This document shows, piece by piece, positions 35,201-44,000 of a DNA stretch of 64,000 bases. This DNA is from Octopus bimaculoides (Eukaryota). The notes below the pieces were generated by a model, which saw only the letters and a list, made by a program, of their open reading frames with translations, did not search any database and was not told the origin of the DNA. Location of the stretch: assembly GCF_001194135.2 (NCBI RefSeq), contig NC_068984.1:45447372-45511371 (forward strand), written 5' to 3'. The position numbers were made by a program, and so were the translations under genes. Within the stretch, counting starts at the first letter, position 1. Every line of letters starts with the position of its first letter.

Positions 35201-35232
35201 GTATCGTAAGGACGTGTTCCGTTGTTCGCCAT
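2303..35232 (-). CDS. INTS7: Integrator complex subunit 7, spliced gene model (16 coding exons in window, 2207 nt, 3' end beyond window start)
   Basis: Manually spliced exons join in one open frame (88,130,147,138,130,240,118,108,107,97,152,186,204,195,104,63 nt). Peptides such as EQDANSALIELDKGLRS, EAVVRFPRLFEKYPFPILVNS, IHSNDPIARAITLR, VASEHFYFWL and LYQSSFDAD match metazoan INTS7 as recalled. Confidence 0.97.
2366..3459 (-). other. U12-type (minor spliceosome) GT-AG intron of INTS7
   Basis: 5' splice site GTATCCTTT (3459-3451); branch point TTCCTTAAC (2388-2380) just upstream of the AG at 2367-2366. Confidence 0.93.
3460..3563 (-). CDS. INTS7: INTS7 exon 15 (LLKCQNSYSNLSQKFLDLYQSSFDADPASLANMQL), U12 donor
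   Basis: atttcag acceptor; donor GTATCCTTT; LYQ.SFDAD motif. Confidence 0.95.
3755..4292. mobile_element. hAT/Charlie-like MITE
   Basis: Perfect 16-bp TIR cagtggttctcaacct / aggttgagaaccactg; TSD not preserved. Confidence 0.8.
4805..4999 (-). CDS. INTS7: INTS7 exon 14 (AATTQNFRLQFQSEY...TCPPPAIASAMA...RCGPVISQ)
   Basis: actgcag / gtaaat; FQ.E and PPPAIA motifs. Confidence 0.96.
6716..6995 (-). mobile_element. SINE-like family A copy
   Basis: (CAT)n cgtttgacgtccgctttccatgctagcatggg... Confidence 0.85.
7139..7342 (-). CDS. INTS7: INTS7 exon 13 (VASEHFYFWLSGL...EALTHYQRGISQLQ)
   Basis: tttccag / gtaaac; VASEHFYFWL is diagnostic. Confidence 0.96.
9895..11170. mobile_element. Cluster of family A copies with internal ~62-bp tandem array and gap
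   Basis: Opposite-orientation pieces; gagcgagatc units at 10328, 10391, 10452, 10514. Confidence 0.8.
11921..12106 (-). CDS. INTS7: INTS7 exon 12 (ARLCTLLFLM...GDAWQAYRVVRQAMRYQQYHIAVHLLCSIRNK)
   Basis: tgtacag / gtaaat; W..YR..RQA.R motif. Confidence 0.93.
12648..12799 (-). CDS. INTS7: INTS7 exon 11 (AHSLSDVHMALVCDSLAAVG...IIDPSVK)
   Basis: caattttag / gtattg; L.C..LAA motif. Confidence 0.88.
12932..13316 (-). mobile_element. tRNA-head SINE family C, full length, 12-bp TSD
   Basis: Head GTGGAGGTGCAATGGCCCAGTGGTTAGG...GGTTTCGATTCCC; (CAA)n tail; TSD acttaattgagt at 12920-12931 and 13317-13328. Confidence 0.92.
14493..14931. mobile_element. piggyBac-like MITE carrying a family A insertion
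   Basis: TTAA-ccctttaacatt ... cgctaaaggg-TTAA. Confidence 0.8.
14657..14867 (-). mobile_element. Family A copy with 16-bp TSD, nested in a piggyBac-like MITE
   Basis: attaattcaaaacaat at 14641-14656 and 14868-14883. Confidence 0.9.
15255..15670. repeat. Degenerate (GAT/GGT)n low-complexity tract
   Basis: Dense gatgat / ggtggt / agtagt trinucleotides. Confidence 0.85.
15670..16085 (-). mobile_element. Family A long copy
   Basis: (CAT)n tail plus internal gccagtc..ggcactggcaa subrepeats. Confidence 0.85.
16205..16301 (-). CDS. INTS7: INTS7 exon 10 (LSLKCAVKMCSKFPELCIDFVDTMANLLQSNT), GC donor
   Basis: tctacag acceptor; resembles IALNCMVKLAKGRPHL; frame needs CAG|gcaggt donor. Confidence 0.8.
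16785..16996. mobile_element. Tc1/mariner-type MITE, 212 bp
   Basis: 26-bp perfect TIR cagggtgtccacaaagtctgggtaca; TA on both sides. Confidence 0.92.
17191..17485 (-). mobile_element. tRNA-head SINE family D copy
   Basis: tggtcatgaatgacca 3' hairpin; gcacaagt; decayed head. Confidence 0.8.
17668..17774 (-). CDS. INTS7: INTS7 exon 9 (KEQNNMDLRDDVKAAAQTLILLSSMNSSQQSQVALK)
   Basis: ttcgcag / gtaggt; phases 1/0 fit; moderate similarity. Confidence 0.85.
18230..18960 (-). mobile_element. Decayed RTE-clade LINE fragment (APE endonuclease C-terminus plus linker)
   Basis: DIVLT...RVLRGADCDTGHKMVRAKFKF and W..FRDGIY...LGFKRRQLRDWFDSND; frameshifts. Confidence 0.8.
19511..19618 (-). CDS. INTS7: INTS7 exon 8 (DSALLKVCQEYSYHENVSVAAKTVQLMTHLATHSGS)
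   Basis: cttgtag / gtaagt; resembles DLVKLAQECCYHNNRGIAAHGV. Confidence 0.9.
20616..20822 (+). mobile_element. SINE-like family E copy
   Basis: gagttcaaattcc..gaggttgacttt..tttccatccttt..aataaaataa.taccag motif shared with copies near 25215-25600, 43150-43330 and 61625-61750. Confidence 0.7.
21270..21387 (-). CDS. INTS7: INTS7 exon 7 (VLCRFVLKTPFVTLKEGVLYVLTELSSSISMDLLPFTLK)
   Basis: ctttttag / gtaaga; resembles ALCECALQTPYDSLKLGMLSVL; phases 0/1 fit. Confidence 0.9.
21771..22146 (-). mobile_element. tRNA-head SINE family B (CORE-like ccttgggcaag segment, central TA/TG microsatellite)
   Basis: A/B-box-like head; body ends ggtgctccagcatggccgcagtcaaatgactgaaac. Confidence 0.88.
22587..22785. 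mobile_element. piggyBac-like MITE
   Basis: TTAA-cc.tttagcatt ... aatgctgaaggg-TTAA; related copies at 14493-14931, about 8355-8580 and about 7810-7920. Confidence 0.8.
23295..23445. mobile_element. Small element with repeated ggacaattaccc subterminal motifs
   Basis: Four direct motif copies on the left, inverted gggggttattgtcc on the right. Confidence 0.5.
23747..24185 (-). mobile_element. Family A long copy
   Basis: Closely similar to 15670-16085. Confidence 0.85.
24293..24532 (-). CDS. INTS7: INTS7 exon 6 (ARTVCLLLLKSYPAKR...LENDPRKTVK...KTPHLWIAENVE)
   Basis: tttatag / gtattt; 80 codons; NDPRK and KTPH.W motifs. Confidence 0.95.
25657..26204. repeat. Fold-back (palindromic) element with ~120-bp arms, interrupted by the hAT MITE
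   Basis: Left arm tgaagtagttgtat...catttcctgtgt mirrors right arm acacaggaaatg...atacaactacttca. Confidence 0.9.
25860..26134. mobile_element. hAT-type MITE, 275 bp, nested in a fold-back element
   Basis: 14-bp TIR caggggttttcaaa; 8-bp TSD gtctaacc at 25852-25859 and 26135-26142. Confidence 0.92.
26571..26700 (-). CDS. INTS7: INTS7 exon 5 (LFSASICDRIAQMIEKVETPMELKLQLIPILQHMHHDAETAAK)
   Basis: ttgcag / gtaagc; LKL.LIPILQHMHHD motif. Confidence 0.96.
27777..28109 (+). mobile_element. SINE family B copy (head lost in gap)
   Basis: Same body as 21771-22146. Confidence 0.85.
28306..28443 (-). CDS. INTS7: INTS7 exon 4 (TLGSVASIITEKTTVHHSIVVSLDSHDAIEVDAAVYAAQRFAARS)
   Basis: ttttatag / gtaaga; LDSHD.EV.AA motif. 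Confidence 0.95.
28565..29117. mobile_element. GG-terminal MITE with 8-bp TSD (Merlin- or MULE-like; contains gap)
   Basis: 37-bp TIR ggatctattttaaaacgggggccacatttttcattaa (one mismatch); TSD aaactttc at 28557-28564 and 29118-29125. Confidence 0.82.
29502..29800 (-). mobile_element. SINE family D copy
   Basis: Same body as 40241-40567. Confidence 0.8.
30732..31116 (-). mobile_element. tRNA-head SINE family C, full length, 11-bp TSD
   Basis: Near-identical to 12932-13316; TSD ctgttttatct at 30721-30731 and 31117-31127. Confidence 0.92.
31605..31751 (-). CDS. INTS7: INTS7 exon 3 (SNFIRLCILRVTQQAEKHLDKVLNVDDFIRRIFSVIHSNDPIARAITLR)
   Basis: tttttag / gtaagt; strong similarity to INTS7. Confidence 0.97.
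34757..34886 (-). CDS. INTS7: INTS7 exon 2 (GLRSQKIGDQCEAVVRFPRLFEKYPFPILVNSALLKLAEVFRAG)
   Basis: ttttcag acceptor, gtgagt donor, phases 1/2 fit the neighbours. Confidence 0.97.
35145..35232 (-). CDS. INTS7: INTS7 coding exon 1 (MANNGTRPYDTNTSSQEQDANSALIELDK-G)
   Basis: ATG at 35232; donor AAG|gtag; matches the INTS7 N-terminus. Confidence 0.95.
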
Positions 35233-35799
35233 GATGTTTGTATTGGTAAAACAAGTACCGCAGTAAATTATCAACCGGCTAAGAACGGTAACTTATGTAA
35301 TTTGTATGGTAGAATTACTTCCCTTTGAAATTGATTTGTTTAGTAGGTCACACTTAGTCCGACTTTTATAGATGTGTGCAGTTGACTCCACTATGTTATG
35401 GTATCAGCTATATTTTTCATCCTTTTGGTTTATTAAAATAAAGTATTAGTCAAATATTGAAACTGATTCATATAATAGAAAACATAATAACTTTATGCCA
35501 GTGGTAGAATTTGAACTCAGAAAGCTAAAACTAAATACAGTTAAAGAATCTTTTCTGACACCAAACGCTTCTGACAACTCAGTATCTTTGATACAATTAT
35601 TAACAAAAGATTTGGTTGAAATATAATTGAGCAGACTCCAGTCATTGACACTTTTTTGCTCGAATCTGATAGCACTATTTCTGATCTCTAAAATATAATT
35701 CCCTTCCGTTACTTCAAAATAAATCACTGTTACTCAAATAGCTTTAGTAATAGCTGTTTATTACTATAACAGCTTTCTCAAAACATTGTTTAAAATTTT

Positions 35800-36212
35800 T
35801 GAACAGAATTCAGACCATGTAAACAACAATCCAGTCTGAGTTAAACATGTGTAAACAACTAATTCATCCAAAATTTTTGAAACCCTGAAACACAACTAAA
35901 ACCAACTTTCTTTTCAAAAAACCTCATGGCCTAAATCAGACACACCTAAATTGGACAAAACTGCTTACAAAGTTATTTCCAGACTTGACTGAACTATTTG
36001 AAAATTCTGAACAGAAATCAGATAATGTAAACAACAATCCAGCCTGAGTTAGACATATGTTGTGCAAATAAACTAATTCATCCACACTCTTTTCTTAACC
36101 ATGAAACATAACAAAAACCAACTTTCTTTACAAAGACTCTCATGACCTAAACCTGACACATCCTAAATTGGATAAAACTGCATACAAAGTTATTTCTACA
36201 CATGGCTGAACT
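35800..36212. repeat. Old tandem duplication, ~208-bp period, two copies
   Basis: tgaacagaa starts at 35800 and 36008; shared gtaaacaacaatccag, ctaattcatcca and caaagttatttc. Confidence 0.85.
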
Positions 36213-37479
36213 CGAAACAATAACACAACTCTCACTCCAAACTAACAAAATTTTCCAATAATAGGTTGTGCATATTGAGAGGGTAGTAATAATATAATAT
36301 GAATATAAAAAGCAAGGAGAAGAGAAAGGTGACAAAAAAACGGGGAGGAAAGAAGGGAGAAATTATGAAAAAGCAAAAAAGACAAAAGAAGGATAAAAGA
36401 AAAAGCTTTGTTATATATATAAAATAGAGAGGAAAAGGAAAGATTAATGAGAGAAGAGGGGAAAAAAAAAAGAAAAATGATTAAAGAAGTGAATGGGTCT
36501 TTATGTGCAGAGCAAGGAACAATAAAATAAAGCTTATTTTAGATCCATGGAAGCATTAAAAATATATTGTGATGGTTATGAGCAAAAACAATGCCTGAAG
36601 ACAACACAACGACTCAGTAAATTACTGCTAATGGAATAAACAGTAAATTACCCAACCAGGAGCAACAACATTTTGGGCTTCTGCTTCTCAAATAACTTGA
36701 AATACATCTGCAATGAGAAGGTAGCATCACGGATTTTCTTGGAACATAGCATAGATCTAACAATGTATGGTCCAAAGCCAATTGAAAGTACATCACACAG
36801 GAAACATTCAAAACCTATCCAGCCTGAATTTCTACAAAACTGACTCGAAATATGTTAAAAAAACAGAGACTGAAATAAAATTGGCCAGAAAGTCTCTCTA
36901 TACAAGATGGCATAAAACTTCAAGAATATACATCAATAATGCAATCCATATGCATTAAATTTGCCAGAGAGAGAAGTGCCATTACACACAAAAACAATTC
37001 TTAAAATCAGGGGAGACCTTATGAGAAAAAAGCTTAAAAATCTAAAATTGCTTAAATAAACAACTTCATGACAGTTAAGTCCCACTTAAAAAAAAAAGAG
37101 GTACCTTTAGAGTATGAAAAAAACTCAAGCTCTCCCATGAAAAAGAAAGGGAATAAAAGGAAACCAGGACAGTTGAAAATGAACCCTAAGGCCTACACAT
37201 TTGCTAAGAATCTGCCTTGTCTGTCACAAGAAAGGGCCTCTATGTGAAGAAAAGGACTTACTGGACACTAAAGGAATAAGTGGAATACATAATAAACAAT
37301 TTCAAAATATTTTCACTTCTCCAAACAAAAGAATATCCCAAGAATACAGCAGATATGTTGCTGAAGTCACTTGAGGCCAACTATGAAATGGAAGAATGAC
37401 CACCAAAGCTAGCTCTTGAGGTTAACAATATAGTTCTTGAAAGTGTGTAATATGATATCTAAGATCAGCAACCCGGGTG

Positions 37480-38025
37480 AGACAGGAGTCTGCTAGATTG
37501 GTTCTTAGCTGTGACAGCAACAGTGAAACTTGGCTGGGTGAATTTCAGGGAATGTGGAGTGTTATTATATGGTAAAAGGCTCTCCTTGACGATGAAAGGA
37601 AGGGTTTATCAGAGTTGTGTGAGATCTGTAATGCTGTATGAGAGTGAGACATGGTGTCTGAGGGAAAGCAAAATGGCAATTTTAAGAAGGACCAAGAGAA
37701 CAATGGTGAGATCAATGTGTGGTGTGAAACTATTGGATAAAAGGAAGGCTGAGGACTTGATAAGGATGCTGGGATTGGAGGAATCGATGGAACAGCTGGC
37801 AGGGATGAATGGTGTGCAGTGGTATGGATATGTGTTAAGGAGGGATGAAGATCATGTTCTGAGGAGAGTGCTTGAGTTTGAAGTGAATAAACTGCAAAAG
37901 TGAGGTAGAAACTCTGCCAAATCAGATTGGAGCCTGGTGTAGCCATCTGGTTTCACCAGTCCTCTGTCAAATCGTCCACCCCATGCTAGCATGGAAAGCG
38001 GATGTTAAACAATGATGATGATGAT
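37480..38025 (+). mobile_element. RTE-clade LINE 3' fragment joined to the (GAT)n-tailed repeat end
   Basis: GWVNFRE...KGRVYQSCVRSVMLYESETW...MCGVKLLD...QWYGYVLRR is the RTE C-terminal region; followed by the family A tail. Confidence 0.85.
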
Positions 38026-38044
38026 ATATATAAATATATGTATA

Positions 38045-38076
<32 letters not shown>

Positions 38077-38710
38077 GCAATGTTAAATCTCTGAACAAGG
38101 TATAAACAGTAACTGCACGACAACGTGAAGTATATTTGCCACTTAAATGCGGCTAAACCCTAAGGGTGAATGCTACTGTAGCTTTTAGCCCCAGGAGAAC
38201 ATCGCCTCCAGCTGGCTATTGACACACTTTCTGTGCCCTGTCAGTATTTGCAAAGGGAAGTCATCCTTCCCATCGTCAATCTGACGTGATACGAAGGGTA
38301 AATACACAGAAATCTGGGTCTGTGTGTATCACATCAGATCGACGATGGGAAGGGAAATTACAATAATTTGCCTTTGTTTAACAGTCACTTTTCTCAGGAA
38401 TTTTCAATGGCCAGATAGCTGAAGAGATGTTGGCGTGGGTTCCCACCTCGGCATCCGGAGTTTTATCATGGCTACCAGATAAGTGTCACATATTCTTACA
38501 GATACATATATACATACATATATTTATTTATACACACACACACACACGCACACACACACGCGCACACACACACACACACGCGCGCGCACACACACACACA
38601 TATATATATACACATATATACTATATATATAGATATATTATCATCATCATCATCATTTAACGTCCGCCTTCCATGCTAGCATGGGTTGGACGATTATATA
38701 TGTATCTAAT

Positions 38711-38741
<31 letters not shown>

Positions 38742-38830
38742 NNNNNNNNNNCACACACATATATATATATATATATATATACACAGACATATGTACATAT
38801 ATATTATATATATCATCATCATCATCATCG
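38026..38830. repeat. Region with (TA)n, (CA)n and (CG)n microsatellites around a hairpin-bearing repeat
   Basis: Direct reading; 10-N gap at 38742-38751. Confidence 0.8.
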
Positions 38831-39554
38831 TTTAACGTCCGCTTTCCATCCTAGCAAGGGTTGGACGATTTGACTGAGGACTTGTGAACCAGATGGCTAA
38901 AACCAGGCTCCAATCAGATTTGGCAGAGCTTCTACAGTAGGATGCCCTTCCTAATGCCAATACTTATATATATATTATATATATAGGAGAGTATTGTAGT
39001 TCGCTTGAAGCATTGTGTATTGTTTGTAAAGAATAAAAAGTTTTGAATGGTACAACAATGCACTATAAAACAACAAATGGACTATATACCTGTTGTAATT
39101 TAGTTATCTAGTTATCTATATATAATATATATGGTTATATGATTCCGAAAGACAAGGCCGATAAAATAAAAGAGGAACTGCAGCTAAGTGAAAAAGATCG
39201 GTACATTCTGGATATGTGCTCCAGCTCGGGGGAGAAAACAGATGGAGAGTAACAAGAAACCTTTAACAGACGTAGTGTAATTTTGTTGGCACTGTGGAAC
39301 AAAACTTTTGCAGCCAGCAGCCGCAGCAGCAGCTGGAATATGTGTTTGATTGATTCGTGTATAATGTGAATTTCTATTCAGTTGACATGAAATCCTGTTT
39401 GTTGTTGTTGTTGTTGTTGTTGTTGTTTTACTCCTGATTGTTGAAACTGAAAGAGTTAGAGGGTCTGGCAATGTATCATGTTAAAAAAAAAAATATATAT
39501 CTTAGTGACAGAGGCAGTATCAATGCCAAGAGGTAATATCTATTCCCTTCATGC

Positions 39555-39951
39555 GGGTGACACTTAAAAGCACCCACTACACTCTCTGAGTGGTTGGCGT
39601 TAGGAAGGGCATCCAGCTGTAGAAACTCTGCCAAATCAGATTGGAGCCTGGTGTAGCCATCTGGTTTCACCAGTCCTCAGTCAAATCGTCCAACCCATGC
39701 TAGCATGGAAAGCGGACGTTAAAGGACGACGACGATATATATAGATATTCATCATCATCGTTTAACGTCCGCTTTCCATGCTAGCATGGGTTATATATTA
39801 TATATATACATATATATATATGTATAAATTATATATATATATGTGTGTGTGTGTGAAGGGGCATGGCTCAGTGGTTAGAGCATTAACTTGTGCCTCAGAG
39901 GGTAACTTTCTAGGTGCAATCCCATGGTCATTTATGACCAAAGGGGGTCTT

Positions 39952-39992
<41 letters not shown>

Positions 39993-40240
39993 CATCATCA
40001 TCATCGTTTAATGTCCGCTTTCCATGCTAGCATGGGTTAGACGATTTGACAGAGGACTGGTGAACCAGATGGCTGCGCCAGGCTCCAATCTGATCTGGCA
40101 GAGTTTCTACAGTTGGATGCCCTTACTAATGCCAACCACTCCGAGAGTGTAGTAGGTGCTTTTACGTGCCACCGGCACGAGGGCCAGTCACACGGTACTG
40201 GCAATGGCCACTCTCAAAATGGTGTTTTTTACGTGCCACA
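39555..40240. mobile_element. Inverted family A copies (plus 39555-39735; minus 39750-39790 and 39987-40240)
   Basis: Tail-to-tail arrangement visible in the sequence. Confidence 0.8.
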
Positions 40241-40567
40241 ACCCCTTTTGGTCATAAATGACCATAGAATTGCACCTAGAAAGTTACCCTCCGAGGCACA
40301 AGTCCAAGCAAGGTTGTTTTGTGAAAGGCCAGCAGTTGCCCATGCATACCAGCCTCCCCTCTCCACACCACTGATGTTATCCAAGGGAAAGGCAAAGGGG
40401 CCGATACAGCTTGGCACCAGTGATGTCACAACTCATTTCTACAGCTGAGTGAACTGGAGCAACGTGAAATAATGTGTCTTGCTCAACGCACACCCCAGTC
40501 CAGGAATCGAACTCACAACCTCACGATCATAAGCTTAACGCTCTAACCACTGAGCCATGCACCTTCA
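40241..40567 (-). mobile_element. SINE family D, near full length
   Basis: Head GTGAAGGTGCATGGCTCAGTGGTTAGAGCG...GAGTTCGATTCC. Confidence 0.88.
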
Positions 40568-40617
40568 CACACACACACACATATATACAAACCTATATAT
40601 CTATATATGTATATCTA

Positions 40618-40649
<32 letters not shown>

Positions 40650-40804
40650 AATATATGTATATATATATTATAAATATATATAAATATATTGATAAATATA
40701 TATATAGATATAAATATATATATAAATATATATGTATATGTATGTATATATGTGTGTATATATATATATATGTGTGTGTGTATGTATATATATATATATA
40801 TATA

Positions 40805-40841
<37 letters not shown>
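40568..40841. repeat. Compound (CA)/(TA)/(TG) microsatellite
   Basis: Direct reading. Confidence 0.95.
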
Positions 40842-40843
<2 letters not shown>

Positions 40844-40874
40844 GTATAAGGTCTTTATTTTTTTTTATATTCTA

Positions 40875-40951
40875 TTTCCGGTGCCAGATTTCAAAAGAGT
40901 AGTTCAGCAGAAAAAATAAAAAAACACAAAACAAAAACAATCTACTTCCGC
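40875..40951. promoter_or_regulatory. Candidate SRRT core promoter with two ETS-like TTCCG sites
   Basis: ttccgg at 40876-40881 and acttccg at 40944-40950, next to the candidate first exon. Confidence 0.3.
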
Positions 40952-41034
40952 TTTGTTCTTCTTGTCGCGGTAGATCGTTCTTGTTAGTGGTTCGTTGGAA
41001 TTTTCTTCAAACGGATTTTCATAACCAATCTACA
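40945..41034 (+). other. Probable non-coding first exon of SRRT (5' boundary uncertain)
   Basis: The ATG exon has an upstream acceptor, so an earlier exon is required. This CpG-retaining unique segment ends in CTACA|gtaagc. It is an inference. Confidence 0.45.
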
Positions 41035-44000
41035 GTAAGCCTCACTTATATGTTTCAACATTTTCTATATTGTTTGTAATGCAATACGACTCCTACAACT
41101 GTTTTTGTAGTGAGGAATCTGTCATTTAAATTGCATTGTTATTACTTCTGTTTGACTTTTTGGAGGAATCTTGGCATTTTTATTTTCTGTGTGTGGAAAC
41201 GAAATTAAGACGAGCGAATGAAGAATGGATTAGAAAAAAAAGGGGATAGAAGAGAACAGTCGAGTAAGAAGGAAAAGGATTCCTACAGAAGTGTTAGGGT
41301 TAGGGTCCTTCCTCCGCCTGATTTTGTTTCTTCATAACTTTCAGAAAAATGGATATCTTCAATAAAATTTTCTACACTTCCAGAATGTGTAGATTACGAT
41401 TATATCCAAATTAAGAAAAGAAAAAAATGATCAGCGCGCTTATATATTGATACCCATCACATATACATCTACGAAATGAAAGTTGAAATTTTGTGAAAAT
41501 TGTGACGTGTGTCCCTCGAACCATTTGTTTTTATTTTAGATACAGCTGTGATTGTAATCTTCACCATCTGAAAAGTATTTGGTGAAAATTTCGTTAAAAA
41601 ATGTCAATTTCTTTTTAAAGCTATGAGGGAACAAAGTTGTGTCTGTGTGTGCACTTGTGTAGGTTTGCCGAACGAAAAATATGTTTTAATGTTTATGATA
41701 GTATGATGTAAAAGAATATAGATAAAATTAATAATAATTTTTTACCAGTTAGACTTGCTAATAACGCAGACAGGTTGAGAGATAAAACAATTTGTTGTAG
41801 TCAAAGTTTACAGTAATCGAAATTTGGAGGGATACAAATGCAGAAAGAATAAATAGAATAGTATCTGTTGAGAGGAAGAAATAATTTATAACAGCTTCTA
41901 AATAAATGAGAAGGAACTATATTAAATCGGTATAGAGCCGAAGTTAATTTTAAACAGATATACAAAACGAGATTGAGTTTGTGATAACTGCGATTAATTC
42001 CATCGTTTTATTTCAGATGAACTACTCTATGTGTTATACAAATAATATATGAGTATATGCATATATATGTACATGTATGTACATACCTTCATCTACATGT
42101 ATATATATATATGCATATCTGGGTACATGACGTTGCAAAAAAAAAAAACATGGACAAAATGATAAACACGGTACAGAAAACACACAGGCCACATAGAGAA
42201 CATTTCCTTCATCAGTATGATTTAGAAAAATTACTTGCAGTTTTATTACAAAACTTGTCAATGTGACATATAACTCGATAAAAGATTCTTACAACTGTTT
42301 TGAAGGAAGGTTTTCAAATGCCAGCACAAAACCACTTTCTAAAAGAGGCTTTTGTAATACGTAATCTTGAGGTGACCAGACGGTTTGTAATCAAAAGGGT
42401 TTTTCATAGATGGATTAATTAGATAGAGCGATAAAGAGCCCGCAGATGAGCGGCAGACATATACAGGGGAGACGGACTTGTTCCAGGTCCGCTCTTACCG
42501 AACAAGACTTGATTAAAAGCGTTCCAGTCGTGACCACCTTTTCTTTCAGATCAAGGTATATTGATTTTATGGAAATTTGGCTGTTATTTCTAGAAAATCG
42601 AGCAACTATAAAAAGGTTGATTCGACTATTTATATAGAAAAAGATGTAGCGAATGAAATACATTGTTACAAAGGAGTGTTTCAGTCTGTCTCTGTCTGGG
42701 TGTGTGTATTCTTTATACGAAACCGATTGGTAAGATCAAACGTGATGGATATTTTATACTATANNNNNNNNNNNNNNNNNNNNNNNNNNNNNNNNNNNNN
42801 NNNNNNNNNNNNNNNNNNNNNNNNNNNNNNNNNNNNNNNNNNNNNNNNNNNNNNNNNNNNNNNNNNNNNNNNNNNNNNNNNNNNNNNNNNNNNNNNNNNN
42901 NNNNNNNNNNNNNNNNNNNNNNNNNNNNNNNNNNNNNNNNNNNNNNNNNNNNNNNNNNNNNNNNNNNNNNNNNNNNNNNNNNNNNNNNNNNNNNNNNNNN
43001 NNNNNNNNNNNNNNNNNNNNNNNNNNNNNNNNNNNNNNNATATATATATATATATATATATATACAGAGAGAGAGAGAGAGAGAAACAGTAATATCTTCA
43101 TAGAGGTTTATTGTTTAATACAGACAAAGGCACTGCTAATAGAGGAAGTTGGTTGGCAGAGTCGCTATAGTGTCGTATAGAATGACTTGCAGTATTTGTT
43201 CCAGCTCTCTGCATCCTGCGATCAAATCCCGCTAAAGGCATCTTTACCTTTCATCCTTTCGGGATCGGTAAATAAAGCACCAATCCATGGCGGTAGATTG
43301 TCAGAATTGTCAGGGAGTCGGATGGGATGTCTTGCGGTATATATTCATGTTTTGCGTTCTGACAACAACACCTGCAATAACGTTAATGTTGAGTTGTATC
43401 GCCTCTTGCCTTCTCTTGGGTAACATGGCTATCATGGAAAAAGGAGCCTTGTGTGCATTGGAAACTGCTAGTTTCCCATTTTCTTCTTAAGGCCTTCATA
43501 TTAGAAAGTGAACTCTTTAGCTCTATATGTTTAGTTACGAGAAAGTGCTTTGATAGATAATGGGGATGCTAGTTTTGTCGGTCTACGTTTTTCATATATA
43601 ATGAAGCTCATAAAACGCCTGACAATTTTACATATATTTGACCAAATTAGTTTGTTGTGTATTGTGATGCTATATAGGCAATTTTCGCAGCCCGCTCTTT
43701 TGATACAACCCGTCTGAGACCCCTCCTGTTCTTAGGTATAAGCGTACAAGTTTCCCTGTTTTAAAGTGAACTAAATTAAAACAGTCCATCAACATTTTCT
43801 TTTAATCTACGTTCCAAGCACCAGCTTTATAATTACAAAGTTATTTTACTAAATTCTTCATTGTTTTTCAAAATTAAATTAAAGACGGTGAACTTCAATA
43901 GAGATATGGTAACAAAAGAAGTGGAGGAATCAAATTTTTTTCCCAGTAGTTTAGTCAAAAGGAAATCGTGCCTATGACATTCGTGAAGAATGATTTTATC

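Noticed and set aside
38415-38470. ctgaaga-gatg...catc as a fourth hammerhead
   Set aside because: No GAAA core follows stem II; too degenerate to support.
41291-41305. ttagggttaggg telomere-like motif (also about 28840-28861)
   Set aside because: Only two units, inside transposon-like sequence. It is not an interstitial telomere array.
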